Origin: a virus
Taxonomy: Duplodnaviria > Caudoviricetes
Length of the DNA stretch: 64,000 nt
IMG/VR virus record: IMGVR_UViG_3300042892_000699
Reading direction: 5' to 3' (one strand)
A program made the position numbers and the translations under genes. Position 1 is the stretch's first letter; every line of letters starts with the position of its first letter. The notes under the pieces were generated by a model. It was not told the DNA's origin. It worked only from the letters and a program-made list of their open reading frames with translations, and searched no databases. Positions 56,278 to 63,633 of the stretch are shown here, in pieces.

Positions 56278-57050
56278 GCCCAACTTCCGAAATCGCTAAT
56301 ATATTCTGTTTCACTTATCCGTTGACCCAACTGTCTAATGTCAATGCGGAATCCGGCAGTGCGTATTCCCATCTGCTGAGATTTCAAATAATCTCCCAGT
56401 ATGGTCTCGGGATGAAATATTTTACCCTGTGCTATATACTGTTCAATCGAATGTAAACAGTCAGCATAACAACTCATGGCAGCACCCCGTCCCACAGCCA
56501 TAAGATCACTGACTGCATGTCCATAGCCCGCACGAGTATTATCGGGCATGATCACTGCACGATCATCATGCCCTAGGATTTCAGCACAGCGAGCTAGATC
56601 CAAGGTATTGTGTAGCATTAGATCGGGACGTATCTTCAGTACTAGGTCATAGGGTTGTCCGGTGCTGTGTTCGTGTGCTTGACGCATTTGATCTGTGCGC
56701 CAGTTACCCCAGAACATTTTCCACCCGTTGGCCACGTTGGTAACACCGTCATCACGACCACTGTGAGGGAATGCCAGCTGACTTTGATCCACTAGTTCTA
56801 AGTGAGCCAAACGATGCCCACCCTGTAGATTCAGCTGAATACGTTCCTGAGCCCACTCCACTGTGGGATTGAGCCACCCGGGTGCCACCAACTCACTGCC
56901 CTGACTGCGCCAATAGTCACTGCGACTTTGGCTGCGTGACCAAACGGACACAAACCAATCAGCAGAATCAAAGCCCACAAGCCTAGATTGAAACACTGTC
57001 AATTCCCTGCAGAACCTAGGTTCACCGCTGACTAATATGGCCACCTTCAT
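56274..57050 (-). CDS. Putative glycosyltransferase, paralog 3
   Basis: MKVAILVSGEPRF, YDLVLKIRPD, SDLMAVG, HPETIL. Confidence 0.55.
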   Translation of the reverse strand: MKVAILVSGEPRFCRELTVFQSRLVGFDSADWFVSVWSRSQSRSDYWRSQGSELVAPGWLNPTVEWAQERIQLNLQGGHRLAHLELVDQSQLAFPHSGRDDGVTNVANGWKMFWGNWRTDQMRQAHEHSTGQPYDLVLKIRPDLMLHNTLDLARCAEILGHDDRAVIMPDNTRAGYGHAVSDLMAVGRGAAMSCYADCLHSIEQYIAQGKIFHPETILGDYLKSQQMGIRTAGFRIDIRQLGQRISETEYISDFGSWA

Positions 57051-57074
57051 CGGTCAAGAGCCCAACCCAGCAGC

Positions 57075-57088
57075 GCGAAGCGCGAAGC
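57075..57088. repeat. Tandem GCGAAGC heptamers (mini-hairpin motif)
   Basis: GCGAAGC GCGAAGC read directly in the intergenic. Confidence 0.7.
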
Positions 57089-57130
57089 GGTAAAAAAGAG
57101 ATTTTTATACACCTTTATCTACCCACTTAA

Positions 57131-57694
57131 TCACACTAGATCCAGAACAACGTCACGTAGATTCTTACGTGCCACACGAGTCCTTAAATCTGTCGAGATC
57201 AAATCCAGTACACTGCCCAGATCATTACCGTTGACCTTAAACGACAGTCCGCCTGCTTCAAGCCACTGTGAACAATTGTCCGGACGATCATCTACTAATA
57301 TATCCCCCACTGTGCAGTGTTTATGCTTGTCCCACGAATGCGGTCCAAAGTGTACGGGTACGTCGGGAAAATGTAGTTGTGCCCATAACACCTTGTCATA
57401 GAATGCCCAGTGTACATCATCTTTGGCGGGCACAGCAGTGAGAAACAGCAAATTCCAACCCAAGATGTCTCTATATTGACGTGCTAGATGTACAAGCTCG
57501 CCCACCCTGGGCATAAGTGGTAGATCACGGTAAAAACGTGTTTGAGTCTTGATCAGTTCCCATTCTTCCACAGTGTTGCGATAGTGTGTGAGTGAATCGG
57601 GATTGCGCATTGGTCGACCTAAAAAGCTAGAAGCAGCTGATTCCCAATCAGCTACGACTCCGTCCATGTCTAGATAAAAGGTATTTTTAGTCAT
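57131..57694 (-). CDS. 5'(3')-deoxyribonucleotidase (HAD, NT5C-like)
   Basis: YLDMDGVVADW, FLTA, DKVLW, ILVDDRPDNC..W...GG. Confidence 0.8.
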   Translation of the reverse strand: MTKNTFYLDMDGVVADWESAASSFLGRPMRNPDSLTHYRNTVEEWELIKTQTRFYRDLPLMPRVGELVHLARQYRDILGWNLLFLTAVPAKDDVHWAFYDKVLWAQLHFPDVPVHFGPHSWDKHKHCTVGDILVDDRPDNCSQWLEAGGLSFKVNGNDLGSVLDLISTDLRTRVARKNLRDVVLDLV

Positions 57695-57706
57695 AAGTTA
57701 TACTTG

Positions 57707-58144
57707 TTAGTTATAGATGTAATTGACAGTGTCCGCATTGACTGACAGCACGCCAGCACCATTGCGTAGGTGAAACACACGAGCCATGTCAGTGGGTGGT
57801 GATAGAGTGACAAACTGTGTTAGAGTGGGTTGCACAACTCGTAGATGATCACGAGTCTGTAGAATCAACTGCCTCCCAGAACCAGCACTGTAGCTCCATA
57901 TGGTATAGAACACTGCTATGTGTGGAGTCATCATGTTGGGATGTGTTAGTTCCAGTGTGTTTTTGGGAACTGAATCTTTGTAAACAGCACATACAGCAGC
58001 CATGGGCTTACCATAGAGATCTAACAGTACAAATATATTACTGCGTTCACTTACTCTGAATTCAATGGGTATTTCGGGACGCACGGGATCGTCCTTGACT
58101 ATGGCGCAAAGTGGGTCAGTGAGGGTGGTTATACAGTGTAGCAT
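57707..58144 (-). CDS. Hypothetical protein, possible GNAT-like fold
   Basis: DDPVRP, AVFYTIWSY..GSGRQLI, VTLSP.T.MA..FHLRNGA. Confidence 0.4.
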   Translation of the reverse strand: MLHCITTLTDPLCAIVKDDPVRPEIPIEFRVSERSNIFVLLDLYGKPMAAVCAVYKDSVPKNTLELTHPNMMTPHIAVFYTIWSYSAGSGRQLILQTRDHLRVVQPTLTQFVTLSPPTDMARVFHLRNGAGVLSVNADTVNYIYN

Positions 58145-58164
58145 GAGTGTGCGAGTTTAAAATA

Positions 58165-58193
58165 ATTATATACGTACTTATGCTATAAGTCAA
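58165..58193 (-). promoter_or_regulatory. sigma70 promoter TTGACT-17-TATAAT
   Basis: Read on the reverse complement. Confidence 0.75.
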
Positions 58194-58464
58194 GAATTTC
58201 TATATATAGAGGAAAAAATTAGCGCAAAAAATTTTCAAAATCCGAACAGCGTGGGTACCGAAAGTTTTAGCGGCTCAAATTTTTGCCGCGCAGTTAAAAA
58301 AGGGGGAAGAGATCTCGGCCCCTGGTGATCTACTCTAACACTGGGGGTGAAAAGTTTGGAGATTTTTTGAGAGAATTTTTGAGAACTTTTGGCATGCTTG
58401 CAAGTTAGTGCTTGCTAACATGTGCAAGCACTACCTGACCACCCCACCATGGCCGGCCACCCCC

Positions 58465-58761
58465 TCAGGCCTGGACCACCTGGTCCTCATCAGCCAGCAA
58501 GCCCAACTCCGAATCACCGTAGCAGTCAAAGCCCTCTGCTTCTAACTCAGCAATGGCTTCGTTCATGAGACTCTCTACTACACGAACCTTGTCCACGACC
58601 CGTAGTTCTTTGTGGCGTGTAGCCCGCTTAGTACCCTGCTTGTACACTAGCGTATAGTGCTCAGCACAGTAGCTACGGCCCTCTAGTGCGGCGTGTGTAC
58701 ATGTAGGTGTGTGAGCGTGTGCGCCAATGTACTGGCATGTGTGTTGTGTAGTGTTAGTCAT
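58465..58761 (-). CDS. GcrA C-terminal-like zinc-binding protein
   Basis: HTCQYIG...TPTC...EGRSYCAEHY..VY compared with GcrA C..PIG....FC......PYC..H...AY. Confidence 0.5.
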   Translation of the reverse strand: MTNTTQHTCQYIGAHAHTPTCTHAALEGRSYCAEHYTLVYKQGTKRATRHKELRVVDKVRVVESLMNEAIAELEAEGFDCYGDSELGLLADEDQVVQA

Positions 58762-58984
58762 TGTTGTCTTTTACTATCTTATCTAGGTCTGCTCGTTGCT
58801 GTTCGTTAGCGTGACTGTAGGCAGCAATACCCTGCACCACACCCAGTTCAAAGCCCGCCCTACGGCCGAGGTAATCACTACAGATGAACAGCGCCAGCAT
58901 ACACCAGAACCATTCACTGTAGAAGTCTATACCAGCGGCACTGAGTACTGTGCCCACTAGTGCGTATATGATTACTCGGGTCAT
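58754..58984 (-). CDS. Small membrane protein
   Basis: Two hydrophobic segments; ATGA overlap. Confidence 0.6.
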   Translation of the reverse strand: MTRVIIYALVGTVLSAAGIDFYSEWFWCMLALFICSDYLGRRAGFELGVVQGIAAYSHANEQQRADLDKIVKDNND

Positions 58985-59853
58985 GCTCGCTTCATACAGG
59001 TAGTCTTGGCCATTGCCTGCCAGTTCTTTGGAAAGCCCTTGCGCAGGTCTGCCAGCTTCAAGACCATACGCAGGCTTAGCTCTCTGAGTTTGTCCTGGTT
59101 GGTCTCCACAAAATTGACAATCTCGTCCTTTTGGATCTGACTGAACTCAAAGCGGTCCAGCATGCCTGCATCGTTCACAACCTGCTTGATACGCAAGATC
59201 TTCTCTCTGTCGGTGTCCATCTGCAGGTCAATGTAGTGGCAACGGCTTTCCAATGCATCTAAGTGATCTCTCAGTCGCTTGCTCTTAACGTGCTCAAACT
59301 TGATGTTGGTGATAAAGATAGCCGCACCTTTGAACTCAAAGCGATCTGGGATACCTTCGGAGCGCAGGAGCCTGCTGTCTGTGTTCCAAGCAATGAAACG
59401 GCGCTCACTGGAGTCCAAGGCACCCTTGAGGATGTTCAAGCTGAGGTCTTCCATAAGGATACTGTCGCAGTCATCGAACACAACCACGTTCTTAGCGTCA
59501 GAGAACTCATACAGTTTAGCGTACAGTCCCAAGGCACTCATAGCACCTTTGACAATCTCAAACTTGGGTTTCTTCTCAGCCAATGTATCAAACAGGCCGT
59601 CCTTTTGCAAAACCTTCTCAACTCCAAAGCTCTTGCCAACACCCGGGGGACCCGATACAATCATAGCACGGACATCACCTGACTTCACAGCCTTGGTCAT
59701 CTCGTCCAGAATCTCAAAGCGCTCGCCCAGTCGTGCCAGGATCTCTGCGTCTGTTTCCTTAGCCACTTCGTTCTCGCGCTTCTTGATAGCGTCCGTATCG
59801 AATTCCAGTACTGTAGTGCCCTTGCTGGGGGCTTTTGCTTTAGTTGCTGCCAT
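58981..59853 (-). CDS. P-loop (AAA-like) ATPase
   Basis: IVSGPPGVGKS Walker A, VVVFDDCD Walker B, IFITN, ALESR. Confidence 0.8.
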   Translation of the reverse strand: MAATKAKAPSKGTTVLEFDTDAIKKRENEVAKETDAEILARLGERFEILDEMTKAVKSGDVRAMIVSGPPGVGKSFGVEKVLQKDGLFDTLAEKKPKFEIVKGAMSALGLYAKLYEFSDAKNVVVFDDCDSILMEDLSLNILKGALDSSERRFIAWNTDSRLLRSEGIPDRFEFKGAAIFITNIKFEHVKSKRLRDHLDALESRCHYIDLQMDTDREKILRIKQVVNDAGMLDRFEFSQIQKDEIVNFVETNQDKLRELSLRMVLKLADLRKGFPKNWQAMAKTTCMKRA

Positions 59854-59879
59854 GTTGTTTCCTTAGTGTTAAAGATTGT

Positions 59880-59908
59880 ATTATAGCAGGGAATTGCTTC
59901 CCCGTCAA
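59880..59908 (-). promoter_or_regulatory. Early sigma70 promoter TTGACG-17-TATAAT
   Basis: Reverse complement; AAGGA RBS downstream. Confidence 0.85.
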
Positions 59909-59915
59909 TGACTAA

Positions 59916-60266
59916 TTAGTCCATTCTTGAACCAGCGTAGACCTTGTCCAAGCCCAACTTAGCCTTGAGCACCTCTGCGTATGCATAGGCACCCGCTTCC
60001 AGGATGTCCAAGCTCTGAGCAGCCGCCTTGCCTGGATTCCACAGCTGGAGCGAACCTGTGTAGTCTTTGCGGAAGCCAGCGGCTTGCAGGGCCTTGCCCA
60101 ACTTGCTGTTGGAGCGTACACCCCACACATTGACCCAAGCAAAGCCACAAGCGCCACGGTCACCGCCCAGTGCGGCATAGGCCTGCTTAACAGCTGAGCG
60201 AGCAGCCAGTGCGGCTTCGTTGGTTGCGTCTTGCACGGCGTCCAGGTTAAAGTCTTTAGCGTTCAT
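59916..60266 (-). CDS. Hypothetical early protein
   Basis: GACGFAWV motif; own promoter and AAGGAG RBS. Confidence 0.7.
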   Translation of the reverse strand: MNAKDFNLDAVQDATNEAALAARSAVKQAYAALGGDRGACGFAWVNVWGVRSNSKLGKALQAAGFRKDYTGSLQLWNPGKAAAQSLDILEAGAYAYAEVLKAKLGLDKVYAGSRMD

Positions 60267-60299
60267 TTAAAAGCTCCTTAGTGCGTTGTTGATGTATGT

Positions 60300-60328
60300 A
60301 TTATAACAAGGTTTTACCAACTTGTCAA
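60300..60328 (-). promoter_or_regulatory. Early sigma70 promoter TTGACA-17-TATAAT
   Basis: Perfect consensus. Confidence 0.9.
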
Positions 60329-60331
60329 CTG

Positions 60332-60532
60332 TTATTTGCTGTTATTTGTGTGGCTTTTAAACAACAGGCCGCAGAGGAAGTTCAATCCCCATGCTTGGAA
60401 CAGAGTGATGGTCTTCAACCCAAACAGTTCGGGCATCAACCAGTCCCACAGCCACATTGTGGGCAGTGCCATGATCAAACTGAAGGCAACTAGAACTGCA
60501 ACGGCAGTGATGAAAGCGGCGATGGCTTGCAT
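60332..60532 (-). CDS. Small membrane protein (66 aa)
   Basis: Start moved to ATG 60532 after AAGGAGCACACC; hydrophobic. Confidence 0.65.
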   Translation of the reverse strand: MQAIAAFITAVAVLVAFSLIMALPTMWLWDWLMPELFGLKTITLFQAWGLNFLCGLLFKSHTNNSK

Positions 60533-60546
60533 GGTGTGCTCCTTGT

Positions 60547-60765
60547 TTACTTGTTCAACTTGTTCAGGCTTTCCAGGTGCTCTGCTTTGGCCAATTCGAT
60601 GTCGTAGACCATCTTGCACAGGTAGACTATCATACCTACACAGAAGCCTACGCCAATCTGTGCCACTGTGAAGTAGGTGAATGCCACGTTGACTGCGAAG
60701 CCTGCTACTAGGGCAATGCCCAGGAGTTTGCCCATGTTGAGCAGTGCGGTTTGTTTTGGAGTCAT
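60547..60765 (-). CDS. Small two-TM membrane protein
   Basis: Hydrophobic; AAAGGA RBS. Confidence 0.65.
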   Translation of the reverse strand: MTPKQTALLNMGKLLGIALVAGFAVNVAFTYFTVAQIGVGFCVGMIVYLCKMVYDIELAKAEHLESLNKLNK

Positions 60766-60766
60766 T

Positions 60767-60901
60767 TCATTTTCCTTTGGTTTGTTTGGCTTCTTGCTGG
60801 GCGATCTTGCCCGAGTAGGCTTTGCCTGCGGTGTGGATCAGACCAGTCTTGGTGTAGGTAATAACACCGCCAGTGCTTGATGGAACTGTTTTTGCTTGCA
60901 T
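60767..60901 (-). CDS. 44-aa early peptide MQAKTVPSS...TKGK (below ORF-track cutoff)
   Basis: Translated by hand; promoter 60928-60956 and AAGGA RBS upstream. Confidence 0.6.
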   Translation of the reverse strand: MQAKTVPSSTGGVITYTKTGLIHTAGKAYSGKIAQQEAKQTKGK

Positions 60902-60927
60902 AGTGCTTCCTTGTTGTTTAAGTATGT

Positions 60928-60956
60928 ATTGTAACATAAAAAAGCCTCAGTGTCAA
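60928..60956 (-). promoter_or_regulatory. Early sigma70 promoter TTGACA-17-TACAAT
   Basis: Reverse complement. Confidence 0.85.
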
Positions 60957-61016
60957 CCTACGAAGTGCCCAGGCGTGTTGCAGGGCCTAGTGGTAGGCTG
61001 ACTCTTTGGCAACTCT

Positions 61017-61406
61017 TTAGACCCAGCTGTCCACCATCATAACGGGCTTCTTAAGGGCTCGCTTAACGAAGTCTTCTGGCTCGTCATCGCAACGTACCAT
61101 AACAAAACCCATGCTCTCTACCAGGTCTGTCTCGCATACTTGGATGTCTACACCTGCGGCCTCTAGTGCCATGTTCATCTTGGTTAGTGCATATTTGACA
61201 CCTGCTTCAAAGGCAGCGTACTCGCCGTCTGCTGTGTCTTCAAAGTCAAAGTGTTCTTCCATCACTTGGTGATAGTCTTGTCCATCTGCTATGATGAACT
61301 TGCCGATCTTGTTCCACTGTGCTCTGCTGTCTACGTCAAAGTGGTCACAAGCTTCGTTCATGTCAAACTGTGCGAAGTTGTCGTAGTTTACTTTAGATTT
61401 AGCCAT
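61017..61406 (-). CDS. Acidic hypothetical early protein
   Basis: Own promoter and GGGAG RBS. Confidence 0.7.
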   Translation of the reverse strand: MAKSKVNYDNFAQFDMNEACDHFDVDSRAQWNKIGKFIIADGQDYHQVMEEHFDFEDTADGEYAAFEAGVKYALTKMNMALEAAGVDIQVCETDLVESMGFVMVRCDDEPEDFVKRALKKPVMMVDSWV

Positions 61407-61437
61407 TTGTCGCTCCCTTTTGTGTTAGTGTGTATGT

Positions 61438-61466
61438 ATTATAACTTCAAAGTCTGAACTTGTCAA
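61438..61466 (-). promoter_or_regulatory. Early sigma70 promoter TTGACA-17-TATAAT
   Basis: Perfect consensus. Confidence 0.9.
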
Positions 61467-61656
61467 GAACTTTGTTAGCTTCTTTGAACTGTGGCAATTT
61501 AGCCACAGCAGTGTCGATGGTCAACAGGTGTGCCTGCGCCAGCAGTTCTTCTGCGTACAGGCGGTCGTCTTCCGATACTTCTATGTACCATTGTGCCAGC
61601 TGACGAGTAGGCATGTTCAACAAGAACATGAGGTTGTTGGTATCGTGTGCGTTCAT
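61447..61656 (-). CDS. Hypothetical early protein (69 aa)
   Basis: Start moved to ATG 61656 (MNAHDTNN), with TAATG overlap and GGGAG RBS. Confidence 0.6.
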   Translation of the reverse strand: MNAHDTNNLMFLLNMPTRQLAQWYIEVSEDDRLYAEELLAQAHLLTIDTAVAKLPQFKEANKVLDKFRL

Positions 61657-61739
61657 TAAAATTCTCCCATGATGACGATTGCCAAGCCCATGACGATCAC
61701 GGGCAAGAGTACTATGGCTAGGTTGATCATTGCTTGCAT
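61656..61739 (-). CDS. 27-aa single-TM micropeptide MQAMINLAIVLLPVIVMGLAIVIMGEF
   Basis: Translated by hand; TAATG stop/start overlaps on both sides. Confidence 0.6.
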   Translation of the reverse strand: MQAMINLAIVLLPVIVMGLAIVIMGEF

Positions 61740-61963
61740 TAGATCCACTCCTTATAGTCGCCATGTTCTTCGTTGTCGTTGAAGCCTGCGGTGTAGGCCA
61801 CGATCTCGTTGGGTGTCATGTCCTTGAGAGTGACACGCCCTGAGGCTTTGGTGTCACCTAGGTAGTAGTGGGGATTGTAGTCCCTGCGGTAATAGCTGTC
61901 TGCCATGCCGCGATCATAAGGACCACCGTGTCGTGTGTCCATCTCGATGTGTTCTCTAATCAT
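61739..61963 (-). CDS. Hypothetical early protein
   Basis: RHGGPYDRG.ADSYY.R...PHYY; promoter plus AAGGAG RBS. Confidence 0.7.
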   Translation of the reverse strand: MIREHIEMDTRHGGPYDRGMADSYYRRDYNPHYYLGDTKASGRVTLKDMTPNEIVAYTAGFNDNEEHGDYKEWI

Positions 61964-61989
61964 CTTTGCTCCTTAGTGTCTATGTGTGT

Positions 61990-62018
61990 ATTGTAACAGG
62001 AATTCAAAGCCCTGTCAA
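61990..62018 (-). promoter_or_regulatory. Early sigma70 promoter TTGACA-17-TACAAT
   Basis: Reverse complement. Confidence 0.85.
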
Positions 62019-62030
62019 CCACTAAGGTCT

Positions 62031-62348
62031 TTACCAAACCAACTCTTTTGCTGGGTAACGGATGGAACCTTCGTAGTCCAACTGGCTCTGCTCAAACTCT
62101 GTAAGGTAGTTATCGGCTACGATGCGGAAGTCTACGATGTGCTCGCGGAAGTGATCGTTGTCGCATTCGATCTGGCTACGCAAGGCCATCACTGCCATAG
62201 TAGCATCAGCCATGCCACCTTTGAACTTCTTGATCACATAATCAGAACCGCCCTTGAACTTCCAGTACTGTGGGCACTCTCCTTCACCGTCCCAATCGTG
62301 GGCGCCGTAGTTCTCTTGGTACTGTGTGCTGATTAAGAGTTTAGCCAT
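62031..62348 (-). CDS. Hypothetical early protein
   Basis: TQY.ENYGAHDWDG.GECPQYWKFKGG; promoter plus AAGGAG RBS. Confidence 0.7.
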   Translation of the reverse strand: MAKLLISTQYQENYGAHDWDGEGECPQYWKFKGGSDYVIKKFKGGMADATMAVMALRSQIECDNDHFREHIVDFRIVADNYLTEFEQSQLDYEGSIRYPAKELVW

Positions 62349-62374
62349 TGTGTGCTCCTTGTTGCGATGTATGT

Positions 62375-62403
62375 ATTATAACATCAAAAAGAAACCCTGT
62401 CAA
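62375..62403 (-). promoter_or_regulatory. Early sigma70 promoter TTGACA-17-TATAAT
   Basis: Perfect consensus; 30-bp block 62353-62382 is identical to 63388-63417. Confidence 0.9.
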
Positions 62404-62416
62404 GTGCAGGGTTATT

Positions 62417-62491
62417 TGGTCCGGCCACCAGGAATCGAACCTGGATTGACTGCTTAGAAGGCAGATGTTCTGTCCATTGAACTATGGCCAG
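62417..62491 (-). tRNA. tRNA-Arg(UCU) with encoded CCA
   Basis: Reverse complement CTGGCCA TA GTTC AATGGACA GAAC A TCTGC CT-TCT-AA GCAGT CAAT CCAGG TTCGATT CCTGG TGGCCGG A CCA folds as a cloverleaf. Confidence 0.9.
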
Positions 62492-62497
62492 GAATCT

Positions 62498-62785
62498 TTA
62501 TCTACAGTGAGTGCGCCAGCCAAAGAACTGACCATAGCCGTTATAGACCGGAGTATGGTAGCATACCGGCTGTGGGGGCAAGGGTTGGTAGATGATCTGC
62601 GGTTGTGGTTGGTAGATCACAGGAGGTTGTTGAACGATTACAGGAGGCTGAACAGGCTGTTGTTTAGCCATTGAATTGCCTATGAATCCGCCTAGGATGA
62701 TACCCAGCAAGACATCCTCTGGACCAGCTGCCTGTGCAGTGCCCAAGGATGCGATCAGTGCGATTGAAGTAAGGATTCGTTTCAT
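62498..62785 (-). CDS. Secreted-type protein: signal peptide, glycine zipper and Pro/Gln-rich repeat
   Basis: MKRILTSIALIASLGTAQA signal; LLGIILGGFIG; QPPVIVQQPPVIYQPQPQIIYQP. Confidence 0.65.
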   Translation of the reverse strand: MKRILTSIALIASLGTAQAAGPEDVLLGIILGGFIGNSMAKQQPVQPPVIVQQPPVIYQPQPQIIYQPLPPQPVCYHTPVYNGYGQFFGWRTHCR

Positions 62786-62791
62786 AGTTCT

Positions 62792-62820
62792 ATTATACAG
62801 TCAATTATTTATCAAGTCAA
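62792..62820 (-). promoter_or_regulatory. sigma70 promoter TTGACT-17-TATAAT, 6 nt before ATG (leaderless)
   Basis: Reverse complement TATAATAGAACTATG. Confidence 0.75.
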
Positions 62821-63021
62821 CTCTTTGAAGGTGCGCCCTTTGAGATCCAGCTTGAGCGGTGTTCGGAACTTCTTTACCTGATCTGTACCCGCTGGTATGT
62901 AGGCAATGGCTGTGGCACTACGACCGCTGACTCGTTCATTGAAGACGTAGATGTGGTTGGCGCCGTTGCTGTCTGTCCACTGTGTGGTTTCCTGATAGAC
63001 TTTAATCGATTTGGATGTCAT
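62812..63021 (-). CDS. Hypothetical early protein
   Basis: 69 aa; GAGG RBS. Confidence 0.6.
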   Translation of the reverse strand: MTSKSIKVYQETTQWTDSNGANHIYVFNERVSGRSATAIAYIPAGTDQVKKFRTPLKLDLKGRTFKELT

Positions 63022-63187
63022 GTATCTTACCCTCGTTGAAGATGTAATAGAGGTTCATTGGACCGTAGTAGACCCAAATGCAATCGTTGCCCCGGGTCAT
63101 TGTATAGTTTGATATCCCTTTGCGAGCCATGTCCTCTTCGACAAGGATGACCTCTAGTGGGTTCAAGTCTGGATGTATCTTAAGCAC
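63002..63187 (-). CDS. Hypothetical early protein
   Basis: 61 aa; GTG start overlapping the upstream stop. Confidence 0.5.
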   Translation of the reverse strand: MLKIHPDLNPLEVILVEEDMARKGISNYTMTRGNDCIWVYYGPMNLYYIFNEGKIHDIQID

Positions 63188-63383
63188 GTTTCAGCACTCC
63201 GAAGATAGAATTTTGCAGTTCAGCGGCTTCCTCAGTCTCGAGGTAGAAGTCAGTCCGTGGATCCCAGTAGCGGCCTTCCTTAGGATCGTAGTAGGCAACA
63301 CGACCGTTGGGATAGTGGAAAGGACCTTCAAGTCCATTGCGTGGACCGTATTCCTTATTGTGCTTGAAGACGATGTAGCTCAT
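63180..63383 (-). CDS. Hypothetical early protein
   Basis: GLEGPF...NGRV.YYDPKEG.YWDP.TDFY; promoter plus AAGGAG RBS. Confidence 0.7.
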   Translation of the reverse strand: MSYIVFKHNKEYGPRNGLEGPFHYPNGRVAYYDPKEGRYWDPRTDFYLETEEAAELQNSIFGVLKRA

Positions 63384-63409
63384 TGACTGCTCCTTGTTGC
63401 GATGTATGT

Positions 63410-63438
63410 ATTATAACGCCGTTTGGATAACCTGTCAA
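63410..63438 (-). promoter_or_regulatory. Early sigma70 promoter TTGACA-17-TATAAT
   Basis: Perfect consensus. Confidence 0.9.
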
Positions 63439-63447
63439 CCTGTAGGG

Positions 63448-63633
63448 TTATTCCATATAGTTGATTGGCGGATCCAGCATGGCCTCCAGCCGAGCAACCT
63501 CTTCCTTGGCACTGGCATACATACTCAGCAGCCACTCAACTCGCTCGGCTGGACTACCTTCACGCCAGTCCTTGCTACCCTCGAACAACTCTGTGGGCAG
63601 GAGTTCCTGGATGCGTTCAATTTCTGTTTTCAT
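63448..63633 (-). CDS. Hypothetical early protein (61 aa)
   Basis: Start moved to ATG 63633 (ATGA overlap). Confidence 0.55.
   Translation of the reverse strand: MKTEIERIQELLPTELFEGSKDWREGSPAERVEWLLSMYASAKEEVARLEAMLDPPINYME

Noticed and set aside
1-57000. Cellular (bacterial chromosome) origin or prophage suggested by the heptose, AlgH and capsule-like genes
   Set aside because: These genes are interleaved with T4-like core genes, tightly overlapped and partly under phage late motifs; no host housekeeping genes or att/integrase were seen
4610-60880. Many short antisense or alternate-frame ORFs in the track (for example 5960-6376, 14640-15098, 26141-26536, 59263-59866, 60336-60671)
   Set aside because: They are shadows of long, motif-bearing genes, with no RBS or promoter and no recognisable motifs
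61447-61764. 105-aa ORF as given in the track
   Set aside because: Its N-terminal part overlaps a better-supported 27-aa coupled peptide; the true start is likely 61656
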